DNA of 64,000 nucleotides from Octopus sinensis (GCF_006345805.1 NC_043000.1:85126001-85190000); one strand, 5' to 3'. Numbered from the stretch's first letter, positions 25,811 to 39,777 are shown. The notes: generated by a model not told the origin, from the letters alone. Translations and numbers: made by a program.

Positions 25811-25811
<1 letters not shown>

Positions 25812-26192
25812 CTCAGTGAGTGTAACTTTCATTCCTGATTGCCGAACACACACACACACACATGCACACATTTACACATATTACACATACCCACACACAT
25901 GTATTCTCATATATACATACACACGTACAAATAAACATACGCACACTACTACAAACCCTCTATACTTAATTTCTTATCTTACCTGAAGTCACAATTTATT
26001 TATCTCCTTTACTTTGATGACCGAAACTTGCTTCAGCTCTTGAGAAGTTCATTCTAGCTTAACGTCCTCTTCTGATATCAATGAGTTCGAATCCAGGGTA
26101 GTAAAGGTGGAGTCGATAATCTCGGGCCCCAATGATTATACAGTAATCCAGACAGTTTGCCTTCTTCAATCATTTGCCTTTTTCAGAACCTT

Positions 26193-26532
26193 AGGTGCCT
26201 CATTTGGGACGTCACAGTTTGTGACTCCTTTGCTCCCTCCCACATCCTGGATACTGCGGTAAATGGGAGGATCACTGCTTCCGAAGCCAAACAGAAGAAA
26301 ATCCTTTAGTATCGGGACTTGTCAGTGAACCGTTTCTTTCAGCCTATGACGTTTGAGACATTTGGAGGGGCAGGTCTACAAACAGCGCAGTTCCTGTCAT
26401 CGTTGGTGGCTCGCCTTACCGAGCTGTCAGGTGATGCCCTGTGAGGGTGCTTGGCTGTTGCAACACCTTAGTCACACCATCGCCCGTGGTAAAGTTACGA
26501 GCGTGTTGGCTTACTTCAGTAGGTTCTCTTGA
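26193..26532 (+). mobile_element. CRE-clade non-LTR retrotransposon, C-terminal restriction-like endonuclease remnant
   Basis: Reads LIWDVTVCDSFAPSH..K..*YRDL...FQPMTFETFGGAG..FL..L..RL....GD...WLLQHLSHTIARG. Confidence 0.75.
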
Positions 26533-26689
26533 ACCTTGTGGTGTGCAACCAGACTAATGCACTTAATGTTGAATTGTGCTTTTTTTTTCTTCTTTGCTCC
26601 TATTTATGTTTTCTTCGGTTTTGGATTTGTATTCTAATGTGGCTGTGTATTATTTATGTATCATATACATACGTGTTATATATACTCTT

Positions 26690-27085
26690 TTACTTGTTTC
26701 AGTCATTAGTCATTTGACTGCGGCCATGCTGGAGCACCGCCTTTAGTCGAGGAAATCGACCCCAGGACTTATTCTTCGTAAGCCTAGTACGTATTCTATC
26801 GGTCTCTTTTTGCCGAACCGCTAAGTTATGGGGATCTAAACACACCAGCATCGGTTGTCAAGCGATGTTGGGGGGACAAACACAGACACACAAACATACA
26901 CACATATATATACATATACATATATACGACGGGCTTCTTTCAGTTTCCGTCTACCAAATCCACTCACAAGGCTTTGGCCGGGCCGAGGCTATAGTAGAAG
27001 ACACTTGCCCAAGGTGCCACGCAGTGGGACTGAACCCGGAACCATGTGGTTGGTAAGCAAGCTACTTACCCCACAGCCACTCCAG
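26690..27085 (-). mobile_element. SINE family 1, full length
   Basis: Complete reverse-complement copy from tail to AGTGGCTG head. Confidence 0.9.
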
Positions 27086-27119
27086 CGACTATATGTAATT
27101 ACTTAATGCAAATCTTAAT

Positions 27120-27439
<320 letters not shown>

Positions 27440-27485
27440 ATTCAGGACTCGAGTGAATCAGGTACTTAAATGGTAAAGCACTGAG

Positions 27486-28270
27486 TCGGGATCTTTTCCT
27501 TTTGAACAGCAGTTTTCAACACAATTTCTAGTTAACTAAACACTTTTAAACTCAAAATAAAACATTAGTTTCTCTTGGCTTTCTTGAGAAAATTGTAATT
27601 TGTAAGTTTAACGTAGTTTAATTTTTCGAATTTTAACCAATCCTATTTAGCTAAAATCATTTGCTGCATCTAAAACTGAGACAACATCCTGTCACTAACT
27701 CTAACTCTAACCCTAACCCTCACCTTCACCCTAACCCTAATCCTAAATTTTAGCCTTTCGTTTTTTTTTCTTAATTGTTAAATTAATTTAATTGTTACGC
27801 GTGTGTCTAAAATTATTCGTTTTGTTTTTGTTTTGAGTTTTTGCTTTCGTTTTAGCCTTTCGTTTTTTTTTTTTCTTAATTGTTAAATTAAAATTATTTT
27901 CCATTGCTTTCGTTTTAGCCTTTCGTTGTTTTTTTTTTCTTAATTGTTATCCTTAAATTAATTTAACAATTAAGAAAAAAAAAACGAAAGGCTAAAATTT
28001 AAGGTTAGGGTTAGGGTGAGGGTTAGGGTTAGTGACAGGATGTTGTCTGTTTTAGACGCGGCAAATGATTTTAGCTCAATAGAGGCGATAGGATTGGTTA
28101 AAATTCGAAAAATTAAACTACGTGAAACTTACAAATTACAATTTTCTCAAGAAAGCCAAGACAAAAAAATGTTTTATTTTGACACATTCTACCAGTATAC
28201 GAAGTTTAAAAGTGTTTAGTTAACTAGAAATTGTGTTGAAAATTGCCGTTCAAAAGGAAAAGATCCCCGA
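27486..28270. mobile_element. Foldback element with ~310-bp arms containing telomere-like repeats
   Basis: 27486-27791 is the reverse complement of 27953-28270; (CTAACC)n at ~27695-27745 mirrors (GGTTAG)n at ~28004-28033; termini TCGGGATCTTTTCC / GGAAAAGATCCCCGA. Confidence 0.88.
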
Positions 28271-29299
28271 GTCGGGCGAAAAAAAGGAAGTGGTGTATAC
28301 TACGAAATCAGAGGAACAGATACCTACGTACATATAAATATGTATCTATGCATGTATGTATGTATGTTATGTGTGTCTGTGTGTATGTGTGTATGTGTGT
28401 GTGTGTGTGTGTTGTGTGTGTGTGTGTGTGTGTGTGTGTGCCCTACCACCTTTGTTTACTCCCTCATAACCTGATATTTCGGCAAAAGAGACGGATATGA
28501 TAAGTACCGGGCTTTAAAATAAATAAATAACTACGGTTGCGATTCGTTGATTAAAACATTTTTTACTATGGACCCCTTGGATGACTATTTTAATTTGATT
28601 TCTATTCTGGTATACCCCCATAGCCATTCGGTGTTTAAAAACTAGTATTATAGAAACTTCTTTCAAAATTCCAATTTCGTTAATCACACATTCATTTGTG
28701 TAGGCCAAACTTTGTAAAATATTAGAGAAAAAAACCTAGCTGTTTTTTGGTACATCTAAAGCAAAATTTTTTCAGAGGCCCTTAAAATACTATTGTGAAT
28801 CCCTAATTTACTAATTTGTTGCGTGGACCCTCAAAAATCTTATATGGACCGTCAAGGGCCATATGGACTAAACCACTGGACTAAACTTTTTAAGATTGTG
28901 CTCCAGCATGGCCGCTGTCTGATGAGTGAAAAAAAATGAAAAATAGATATCTCTAACTTAAATATAGAAATAAAAAGTATTCTTTCACTTTATGGCTATA
29001 AAATTTATAGTAGGAAATTTTTCGTAAGCAATAGGCATTGAAATATTCAATTTATTTTTATAAATTGTATTCTCCGTTATTTTAATCGAGGAATTCCTCC
29101 ATCACCTCCAGAAGAAAATCAAAAAGAAATTAGCTTAAGATAGAAAAAGAAATAGAGATGAGGATGAAAACTAAACCTTTGAATTTTTTGTTTTTGGTAA
29201 AATCGTATATTTTTATTGAAAACAAAGGAATCCGAACAAGTGAGTGAGTGCTTATTGGCAACGCCCACCTGGATGAAGTGCTATTTCAACTTTTGCTAA

Positions 29300-30150
29300 A
29301 GCGGTGAGCTGGCAGAATCGGTAGCACGTCGGGCGAAGTGCTTAGCGACATTTCTTCCGTCTTCGTGCTCTGAGTTCAAATTCCGCCGAGGTTGACTTTT
29401 GCCTTTTATCCTTTCGGGGTCAATAAAATAAGTACCAATTGAACATTGGAGTCGATATAATTGACTTACCATTCTCCCAAAATTGCTGACCTTGTGCCAA
29501 AATTTGAAATTAATATTTCAACCTTCAGTTTGTGACCATAAACCGAAATAATGCCTAATAAGAAAAAAAAAAAACGATCTGTCCCGTGCCCTACCAAAAA
29601 TATTTTAACACTTAATGGTTTCAGATTTTTGGCACCAGGCCAGCAATTTTATAAATGGGGCAAGTCGATTGTGTTGACTCCTGTACTTAACAGCTACTTT
29701 ATATTATAGACCCCCGAAACTTTGGTGGCATTTAAATTCAGCACATAAAGAATCGGAAAAAATGCCGCTAAGCATTTTGTCTGACGCACCGACGATTCTG
29801 ACATCTTGCCGCCTTAATTAATTGTTTGCGCTATAGGCACAAGGCCCGATATTTGTGGGGAGGGGGAAAGTCAATTAAATTGACCCCAATACTTGACTGT
29901 AACTATATTTTATCGATCTTGGAAGGATAATAGACAAAGTGGACTTCGGCAGCATTTTAACTCAAAACGTAAAAACGGAAGAAATGCTGGCTCACTGCTT
30001 TCTTTCAATTACAGGCACGATACCTGAAAATTTTCGGGTAGGAGCTAGTCGATGTAATCGACTCCAGTGCAGGATTCGTACTTATTTTACCGACCCCGAA
30101 AGGATGAAAGACAAAGTCGATCTCGGCAGAATTTGAACACAGAACTTAAA
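29300..30150. mobile_element. Cluster of family 3 SINE copies and fragments on both strands
   Basis: Plus-strand copy at 29300-29515; minus-strand fragments at about 29625-29830, 29845-30000 and 30040-30150. Confidence 0.75.
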
Positions 30151-31194
30151 GAGAATTTTGTTTAATTACTTCCAACCACATCAGTTTTTCAAATTTTCAC
30201 TTGATGATTTTTTTTTTTTTTTATGTAGCTACGAATGTAGTTTTACACGCTAATAATGAAAATCTCATTCGTTTTTTCTAGAAATTAATAAGAAAATTGC
30301 AAGCTTTTAAAGTTATGCAATTTTAGTCACTCGAAGCCACGGTTGCTGAATATACCAGACGTCATGATTGACGCCATGGAAACAGCACACACGAAACCTT
30401 TTTACGTGCTCTCTCGACCTAGTAGAATCAACAGCCAAATCTTCTTTAAACAACACCATAAGTAGTTATTTATTTAGAGCAAACCACATTATACATAGAT
30501 AAGAATTGGACAACTGACAACACATAACAATTGTAGATAGGTGAAGACATTTCCAAATAACACAAGCAAGGCTATCTTTCGATAACCGTATACGAAATGC
30601 GAAGCTATTTTTTCGGCAATTTCCGTAAAAAAAATTTGTATTTCTTTAATTTTTTTCAGCTGAATCACTTATGTTTATATATTTTTTTCTGAATGTATTT
30701 TTGCATGCATGTATTATGTGTTTATGTGTGTATGGATATATATAGATATAGATATAGATATAGATATAGATAAATTCTATTTACATAAAGTCGAGGTCTC
30801 ATTCATTCTTTTGTTGTCATAATAAAATATATATATTTGTGTAAATAAGCACTGTATATGTATGTGTATTTTGTGATGTGTATACACATACATACACAAA
30901 TATACATACACACACATAAATATTCTTTTATTTTTTACTCGTTTCAGTCATTTGACTGTGGCCATGCTGGAGCACCACATTGAAGGGTTTTAGTCGAGCA
31001 AATTAACCCCAGGAGTTTTTTTTTTTTCTCTTTTTAACCTGGTACTTATTGTATTAGTTTCTCTTTGCCGAAGTGCTAAGTTACGGGGACGTAAACACAC
31101 CAACACCGGTGTCAAGCGGTGGTTGGAGACAAACACAGACATAAAGACACACACACGTATATATATATGTATATATATATATATTATATATATA

Positions 31195-31229
<35 letters not shown>

Positions 31230-31599
31230 CTGTTGTGTCTGGGAAGAAGACGCAACGAAAATGTTGGGAAAATAAAAAAAGAAATAAGTGGAAATTTTAC
31301 CGGTGAGTGTGTTAAATTATAAGGCACAAAAAGAAAATGACTCTCCCCAGATACAACAGAGTATGCTTCAACACACGAACTCACATAAAGAATCTTGCAA
31401 ACCAAATCCGAAAGCGAAATATATGTATATATGATCAACACAAGGCTATAGTAGAAGACACTTGCCCAGGGTTCCACGCAATGGGACTGAACCCGGAACC
31501 ATATGGTTGAGAAGCAAACTTTTTGCCACGCAGCCACGCCTGCGCACACAAAAAAAAAGCATAAATATAAGCGATTCAGCTGGAAAAAGATTAAAGAAA

Positions 31600-31975
31600 T
31601 GGCTGTGTGGTAAGTAGCTTCTTTACCAACCACATGGTTCCGGGTTCAGTCCCACTGCGTGGCACCTTGGGCAAGTGTCTTCTACTATAGCCTCGGGCCG
31701 ACCAAAGCCTTGTGAGTGGATTTGGTAGACGGAAACTGAAAAAAGCCTGTCGTATATATGTATATATATATATATATATATATGCGTGTGTGTGTTTGTG
31801 TGTCTGTTTGTCCCCCTAGCATTGCTTGAGAACCGATGCTGGTGTGTTTATATCCCCGTTACTTAGCGGTTCGTCAAAAGAATAAGTCCCGGGGTGGAGA
31901 TGCTCGATTAAAGGCGGTGCTCCAGCATGGCCGCAGTCAAATGACTGAAACAAGTAAAAGAGAATAAAAGAGAGT
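31600..31975 (+). mobile_element. SINE family 1, full length, low divergence
   Basis: Intact head, core and (AAAAGAG) tail. Confidence 0.9.
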
Positions 31976-33094
31976 ATATATTTTTACGGAAATTGCTGAA
32001 GAAATACTTTCACTTTCCGTATACGGTTATGGAAAGATAACCGCAAGCAGTTACTATTATTATTAAATACGTTGCACAAGCCACGTACAAAGAACTAGTC
32101 TTCTGTGAAACGACAATGATTAAAATAAGTATGTTAATGAAATTAATGTTTACTGAATTAATTAATTGGCTTTTATTATCATTACTATTTCTTGCAAATG
32201 TCGTTGTTATTGTTTGTCTCCCTTTATCATGAATCCATTGGCAAGAAGAATAGAATGATGAAACGTTTACGTTTTTTCGTTTGACATTTATAAGACAATA
32301 CAAAACAAGAAAAGAAAATATGTTATGTTTAAGTCAATACATTCTTTCTTATAGAATTCAATAGGCAAAATGTAGAGCATACATACACAAACACATGCAC
32401 GCGCGCGCAGACACACACGCACACACTCACACACACGCACGTACACATTCACATGCGTGGGAGTGTGTATATGTACATGTGCGTATGTGTGTGTATCTGT
32501 GTGTGTTTGAATGTATTTGCTCAAGGAGTTAGAAAGAAGTTAAGTAGAGAGGATGCATTTTTTTTACGTATATTCCGCAATCTTCGATAAAAGTCCAATT
32601 TTCCGGTATTCTCCACTACCACAACCATTACCACAACAACTATCCTCACCATCAACACAACTGTATAATGTGTGTGCGTGTGTGTATAATGATATGCAAA
32701 ATAAGTCAAATTAACAAAACTATGTAATATGTTTATTTTCATGCCCAAACTTATTTCTACCGTGCCAGTCCGTTTAAGCTGTTTTATATACTAGCCTGAT
32801 ACCCGACTCCATTTGCAAAATATTAGCTGTGAACAGAAATTCTTGGGCTTATTAACGGTGCACAACAGCTCTAAGCTTAACAATAATAGTGGAGACACTT
32901 TTACTGGGACCGTTGTGTTTGATATAAAAAAATATGTATGAGAAAAACAAATATAAATAACAATATTCTATTTATTAAACAATATTCTAATTTACACTCA
33001 AACATAATAGTTCAGTTTGTTTAGTTGGAGGGACTGGCGTTTGACAAATATTTGACACGTACTTTCATAATTATTTATTTCAGGAAAATGATTA

Positions 33095-33465
33095 CAAGTA
33101 GCTTGCTAACCAACCACATGGTTCCGGGTTCAGTCCCACTGCGTGGCATCTTGGGCAAGTGTCTTCTGCTATAGCCCCGGGCCGACCAATGCCTTGTGAG
33201 TGGATTTGGTAGACGGAAACTGAAAGAAGCCTGTCGTATATATGTATATATATATATGTGTGTGTGTCTGTGTGTTTGTCCCCCTAGCATTGCTTGACAA
33301 CCGATGCTGGTGTGTTTACGTCCCCGTCAATAAGCGGTTCGGCAAAAAGAGACCGATAGAATCAGTACTGGGCTTACAAAGAATAAGTCCCGGGGTCGAT
33401 TTGCTCGACTAAAGGCGGTGCTCCAGCATGGCTGCAGTCAAATGACTGAAACAAGTAAAAGACTA
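33095..33465 (+). mobile_element. SINE family 1, near full length
   Basis: Intact core and tail. Confidence 0.9.
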
Positions 33466-33862
33466 TAAACCCAAGTCTGATCATTTTCTATTTCAAGATA
33501 ATTACAAATGAATTCAAATGAATTGCTGAAATAAAGTGCGGCATTGAAGCGTCTTGAAATATGTAAAATAGTTAAAAGAAATCATCTTTTGTCTCTTGTT
33601 GAAAAATTAATTCAGGTTTCCAATATTTTCAGCGTCTTAAACCCCATTGTCCCGTTTTTTTTAGCTAAATATATTTTAGCACATCTAATAAGGGTGTTAT
33701 ATTATTCACTTCTATATCAATAATTCCTGGCTTCATTCATAATATTATGATAGTGAATTGCTGTTAAGATCGTGATCCCAGCTAGGCCTCGAAACCGGTT
33801 TTATATTATGATCAGTAAAACCGAAACCGATTTGCCAAAACCGATTTTAAGGCTTGCTGTTT

Positions 33863-33987
33863 CGGATCTTTTCAATAAAAGATGTTTTATGTAAAACATT
33901 CTACCAGTATACGAAGTTTAAAAGTGTTTAGTTACAAATGATTATTTTTTAAATGTGCAAATGTGCCGGTCAAAGTGAAAAGATCCG
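33863..33987. mobile_element. 125-bp MITE with a 12-bp perfect TIR
   Basis: CGGATCTTTTCA ... TGAAAAGATCCG; flanks CTGTTT / TTGTTT; interior shared with 1730-1831 and 28180-28270. Confidence 0.7.
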
Positions 33988-34509
33988 TTGTTTCTTTTTT
34001 TTTTTCTTTTTCTTTTCGCAAAACATTTCTCTATTTTTTTTCTTTTCAAGAAATATCGTTGAAACTGAACTAACTGAACTGTTGTCGGTCGCCTTTAGTT
34101 GAGAGTGCTGTCTGTTTCATTGAAACATATCGCAACATATCAATTCTCACCTTATTTCCCCTTGAACCTTAGATCAGCACCTTGTCATCTTCGCTAGCCC
34201 CTGGCTGACTCTTTGAATTTGCAGGTAACTGAGTTTATTCATAGCAAGTCAAGGGGATGCTGTTAGTCTTCAGTCGGGTGATCTTTCCCGTTGAGCATAT
34301 GTAATAACCAGTTCCAGATTCATTTCAAGGAAGTAACACTAAATTTTTGATAAAAAAAGTGAAGCTGACATAAGCCAACAAGACATACTTTGTCAAACAG
34401 ATTTGGCTCACGAAAATGTTTGTTTTCCCCAGCTAAAACCTGAATTTAAATTATATGTTATAGATATTGTTTTTTTCTCACTGTACAAGGTCTCTCCCGC
34501 TGTGCAAGG

Positions 34510-35160
34510 TCTCTAAGATATGATGCTTTTGTTCAATTTGTGGAATGTGAAAGATCTTGTACATTCAGCATTATTATAGAGTTGAGTTTGTGGGTTAATA
34601 ACAGCAATGGTGTGGTTGTGCACTGGGACAGCAGTGGTTGGTGCTGTGTGAAAGCTAGAAGTCTTTTTTTTATTTCTTTTGCCTGATTCATCATGACAAA
34701 ATAACAATTTTCTTGTTTTGGGAGTGAGTCATGTGTAATGTTATTTTTGTGAGTTGCCCTCTTTGAACCATATACATATACTGTACAATGTTATGGTCGG
34801 AAAAAGCTGTATAAATGATCTGAACATTGTGAGTGAATTTTCTTCTTTTGGGAGGGGTTGTTGTCTGGAGTTGGTATGGTTGCACTATTGAATACGGTTG
34901 TAAATAAATGGTTTACGGCTGTTGATTTTACAGTAGATATCTAAGTAACTTCTGAGTTTTGATGAAAGTCTTGACCAACACTGCCTCTGTAAGAGATATT
35001 TCTACTGTGGATTTCGTGGTGGTTTAGTATCATGTTTTTACTAGTGCGTTGAGTCCCTGAAAGATGAGTGAGGTGACAGTCACACACCAGACATAATCTT
35101 TCGTGTTAGGAATAGTAACAGATTTTAGGATTCCGAGTTACATGTGTAGAAGTTATTAAA
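34510..35160 (-). mobile_element. Decayed LINE AP-endonuclease region
   Basis: Minus-strand IIYTAFSDHNIV (APE SDH motif) with surrounding stops. Confidence 0.4.
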
Positions 35161-35447
35161 CGTGATTTAGCATTTAGTAGTGGTGGTGGTGGCGGTGGCG
35201 GCGGCGGTGGTGGTGGTAGTGGTGGTGTAAGATGTGTGGTTTGGTGTTGGCTATTGCTTGTACGAATTGTCCAACTTGTCCTAGGTAAATGGATGAGGCT
35301 CAGTCACTGCGTAGGCATAGTCTCGCTACATCTACAAAGTTCTATGGTAAGAAGTTTGCTTCCCAACCGCATGGTACCTTCAGCCCCAGATGAACCAAAG
35401 ACTTGTGAGTGGACTTGGTGGACAGAAACCGAAAGAGGCTCATGTTA

Positions 35448-35486
<39 letters not shown>

Positions 35487-35630
35487 GTGTGTGTGTGTGC
35501 GCGTGCGTGTGTATGTTGCTCAAGAGCACAACACAGCCCGGTCTAGGAATCGAACTCATGATCGCGAGCCCGATTTTCTAACCACTGAACTATGCGCCTA
35601 CATACAATCAAGCAAAATATATTTATTGTG

Positions 35631-35661
<31 letters not shown>

Positions 35662-35674
35662 GTGTATACATATC

Positions 35675-35725
<51 letters not shown>

Positions 35726-36648
35726 GCATGGTTGCATGGTAAAAAGTTTGCTTTCCAACCGCATGGTACCTTCCGCCCCCATACAAACCAAAGATGGATA
35801 GAAACAGAAAGAAGCTCATCATTTTAATGTGAGTGTGTATGTTTGTGTGTGAGTGTGTGTATGTATATATGTATGCTTGTGAGTGTGTCTTTATGTTTGT
35901 ATTTGACCTCCACCACTTCTTGACAACTGGTGTTGCTTTGTTTGTGACCTTGTAACTTAGTGGTTTCCCAAAAAGAGACCAGTAGGACAAGAACCGCCTC
36001 AGGCACAAAATATAAAGTATAGAGATCGATTTATTTGACTAAACCCTTCAAGGTGGTGCCCCACGATAAGAGATAACATATATATGGGAGCAGGTATGTC
36101 TGTACACACAACCCTTTAACAAAAAAATTAAGCGTGACTTACGAATTTACCATCCACCCAAAAATATGATTTTTATCTAAGAAGTTAAAAATTGAAGTGA
36201 TGTCCTGAACACAAAGAATACAAAATTTCTGTGTTTATTGTTTCTTTCACTTGCTTCAGTCATTAGATTGTGGCCATCCTGGGGCACTGCCTTGATGAAT
36301 TTTAGTCAAACGAATCAATCCCAATTCTTATTTTCTTTTTAAGTTTGTTACTTATTCTATTGATCCCTTTTGTTGAATGTATGTATGTATGTAATATAAT
36401 TTTTCTGAATCTTCAGATTTTAATATGCTAGACCACTGGTTTTAAATTAATATTAATCAAATTAATATTGAATTTTTCACCCTTATTATTTTAAATTAAA
36501 ATTTATATATATATATATATATATGCATATATGGGTACAGGACGTCTCCAACAGTAAACAACATGAAATACGAAAACAAATGAGTTGAATACGCAAATAA
36601 GGAGAAAACAGGGACAAGTAATATAATATATATATATTTATATATATG

Positions 36649-37010
36649 GAAATTACAGCTGTGATACCAGTGCCGGTGGTACGTAAGAGAACCATCCGAA
36701 CGTGGCCGTTTCCAACGCCGCCCCGACTGGCCTCGTGCCGCTGGCACGTAAAAAGCACCATCCGATCCATCCGATTGTGGCCATTGCCGGCCTCGCCTGG
36801 CCCCCGTGCCGGTGGCACGCAAAAAGCACCATCCGATCGTGGCTATTTGCCAGCCTCGTCTGGCACCTGTGCCGGTGGCACGTAAAAAGCACCCACTACA
36901 CTCGCGGAGTGGTTGGCGTAAGGAAGGGCATCCAGCCGTAGAAACATTGCCAGATCAGACTGGGCCTGGTACAGCCTTCTGGCCTCCCAGACCCCAGTTG
37001 AACCGTCCGG
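36649..37010 (+). mobile_element. SINE-type element, family 4, with internal tandem repeats
   Basis: About four repeats of TGCCGGTGGCACGTAAAAAGCACCATCCGA, then GGTTGGCGTAAGGAAGGGCATCCAGCCGTAGAAAC. Confidence 0.7.
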
Positions 37011-37648
37011 TGTAAACCAGACTAAGAAAAGCATTTGACACACACACCAGAATGTGAGTTTTCTGTAAATTTTGCTTAATTGGAGTTTAAATTTTAAAAA
37101 CTGGACCTGGCATGACGCGATGCATTGTACTCTTAAAAATGCTAGGTAAATTGTAATTGAAGAAATCCTATATTGTAGATTTGTATAACTCCCAAAGGGA
37201 GGCAGATAAAATCTGCCTTTTATAATAAGAGATACATAAGACAGTAAGGTGTGATTTGAGGGAGATTTGGCTGCTGTTTCTACCAGGTCTGTTAGGCCTT
37301 CTCATGTAAACTCAAGCTTTCTCATGCCTTGAACATAAGACCAAAGCAGAGAATGTATTCTTTTATTCTTCTGCTTTTTCCAGCCATTGGTCTGTGGCCA
37401 TGCTGGGGCAATGCCTTGAAGAATTGTAGTTTAATGAATCAACTCCAGTTTTATTTTTGTAAGTATTACTTATTCTATCTGTTTCCTTTGTCAAACCACT
37501 AGGTGACAGGGATGTAAACAAACCAACATTCGTTGTCAAGCAGTGGTGGAGGACAATCACAAGCACAGACACGCACACACACCACAACATGCATACACAT
37601 ATACACACATACATACATACATACATATATATATTGTGTATATATATA

Positions 37649-37906
37649 TTGCAGCGTGGAAGGTGTTTGTAAGCCATTTAAGAAACACACACAAAAACCG
37701 TTACATTCACTTCCACATTTAAATTTAATTTGCCAAAATATTTTCGTCGCTTTGAGACCGCGACCTGTTCACTGACAAAATATCGTGCTAACAGGTCGCG
37801 GTCTCAAGCGATGAAAATATTTTGACAAATTAAATTTAAATGTTGAAGTGAATCTAACGGTTTTTGTGTGTTTCTAAATGGCTTATAAACACCTTCAACG
37901 CTGCAA
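37649..37906. repeat. Hairpin with ~120-bp arms and a 20-nt loop (probable inverted pLTR pair)
   Basis: 37649-37769 is the reverse complement of 37790-37906; flanked by (TA)n on the left and by a ~65-nt tail then (TA)n on the right. Confidence 0.9.
37729..37779 (-). ncRNA. Type-I hammerhead-like motif with G3-C8 covariant core
   Basis: Minus strand: TTTGTCA-GTGAACA-G-GTCGC-GGTCTCAAA-GCGAC-GAAAATATT-T-TGGCAAA; 7-bp stem I, 5-bp stem II, palindromic stem III AATATT. Confidence 0.5.
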
Positions 37907-38069
37907 CTGTTTTCGTTCCAGCACACGATCTCAGATCAAGTCCACTTGCTATGCAAGTACATCTCTCTAACTATATATATATTTATATATATTATATATA
38001 TGTATATGGTAAAAACAGTAAGATAACAAAAGAAAGAAAGAGACCTCAATATTATGTAAATAGAGGAAA

Positions 38070-38465
38070 TCTTTATATATAAAAGTGAGGTTGTGTGTCT
38101 GTCTCCTACGATTTAGATTCCTAACTACTCCCACATTTTGCGGTGCAGTTTAACCAAAACGGGTATCTTATAGTCGTGATTCATATCGAGACCGTCTGGG
38201 TATTAGCGCGCGTCTACGATGAGTCTACGATTTAAAAAAAAATTTACCATCAATTTTTCCCATTTTTAATCCATTTTTGACATTATAAGGGAAGTAACTC
38301 TCTAAAATTTATTATTAAATCTCAGAACGTAAAAAGCTACAGTAACACCCCCCCTCCCCCTTTGTGGTTAGCCATATTGAGATGGCTATTATACTTTACA
38401 TCTCTAAAAATGCTTATATAATTATTTCCCTTACAAACCCGAGCAACGCCGGGCGATACTGCTAG
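38070..38465 (+). mobile_element. Non-autonomous Helitron
   Basis: A|TCTTTATATATAAAAG 5' end, subterminal hairpin CCCGAGCAACGCCGGG, 3' CTAG|T; no TSD. Confidence 0.85.
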
Positions 38466-38480
38466 TATATATATATATAT

Positions 38481-38598
<118 letters not shown>

Positions 38599-38614
38599 TA
38601 GATATATTATCTTT

Positions 38615-39005
38615 TTTTATTGTTTACTTCTTTCAGAAGAAGAATTCTAGTCGAATGAATCGACTACAGTACTAATTTTTTTAAAGAACTGATACTCATT
38701 CTATCGGTCCCTTTTCCCAAGCCGCTAAGTTATGCAGACGAAAACACACCAACACTGGTATACATGTCTACAGTGGTTGGTGGGTGCCAAAAACGCGGAC
38801 ACAAAGACCCACACACATAGCTTCTGTCAGACACAGAAACAAAAACCGACACACATGAGCTTCTTTCAGTTTCCATCTACCAGATGCACTCACAAGGCTT
38901 TGATCGGCCCGAGGCTATAGTAGAAGACACTTGCTCAAGGTTCCATACAATGTGATTGAAGCCAGAACCATGTGATTGAGAAGAAAACTTCTTACCATAC
39001 AATCA
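38615..39005 (-). mobile_element. SINE family 1, diverged
   Basis: Reverse-complement tail through head. Confidence 0.8.
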
Positions 39006-39741
39006 TAAATGTGTGTGTGTGTGTGTGTTTAGGTGTATGTATATGTAAATAAATACATATATACATGTATGTGTGTGTATATTTATATGTATATATAAAT
39101 ATATACGACAGGCTTCTTTCCGTTATTGTAGAAAACTCTTGCGCATGTTGCCACACAGTGGAACTGAGTCTGGAACCAAATGGTTTAGAAACAAACTTCT
39201 TACCTCACAACCAATCCTGTGACCATTTTTAAAGCCTGTTTTTAAAAAATACCTTTCAAATTAACCAATTCCAGAGAACATATTATCAATCTGAATATTT
39301 CTTTTTGCATACAAATCATCATTTATATACATCTACGTTTCTCCGGCAAATGTAAAACTGGCTTGCTCACACCACAAGCCTGTTATGTAGCTTTTGCCCT
39401 ATACTTTCGTTCTACCTTCCTCTTAAAACAATATTTAAAGACGTAGTGACAAAGGAGAAACATAAATAGACCACCAGAAGGTAAGGTAAGAATGAAGCTT
39501 TGTTTATTGCGATTTTGGTGTAGAGAAGTTGTTCAAACATCTCTTGGGGAAGTTACATTTCAAATAAAGTTGTGCTTTTCCCACCAACAAATACCTTTTC
39601 AACAATATAACCAAAACCAAAAGTTAGCGTCATGAGGGTGTATGTGCGTGTGTCTGTATCTATGAATGTATGTATATATGTATGAATACATTTACATAAA
39701 TACACATATATGTATATACATAATATACATAAACGTGTGTG

Positions 39742-39777
<36 letters not shown>

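Noticed and set aside
36649-36900. CRISPR-like spaced repeats
   Set aside because: Repeats are degenerate with similar intervening sequence, in a eukaryotic SINE context with no cas genes.
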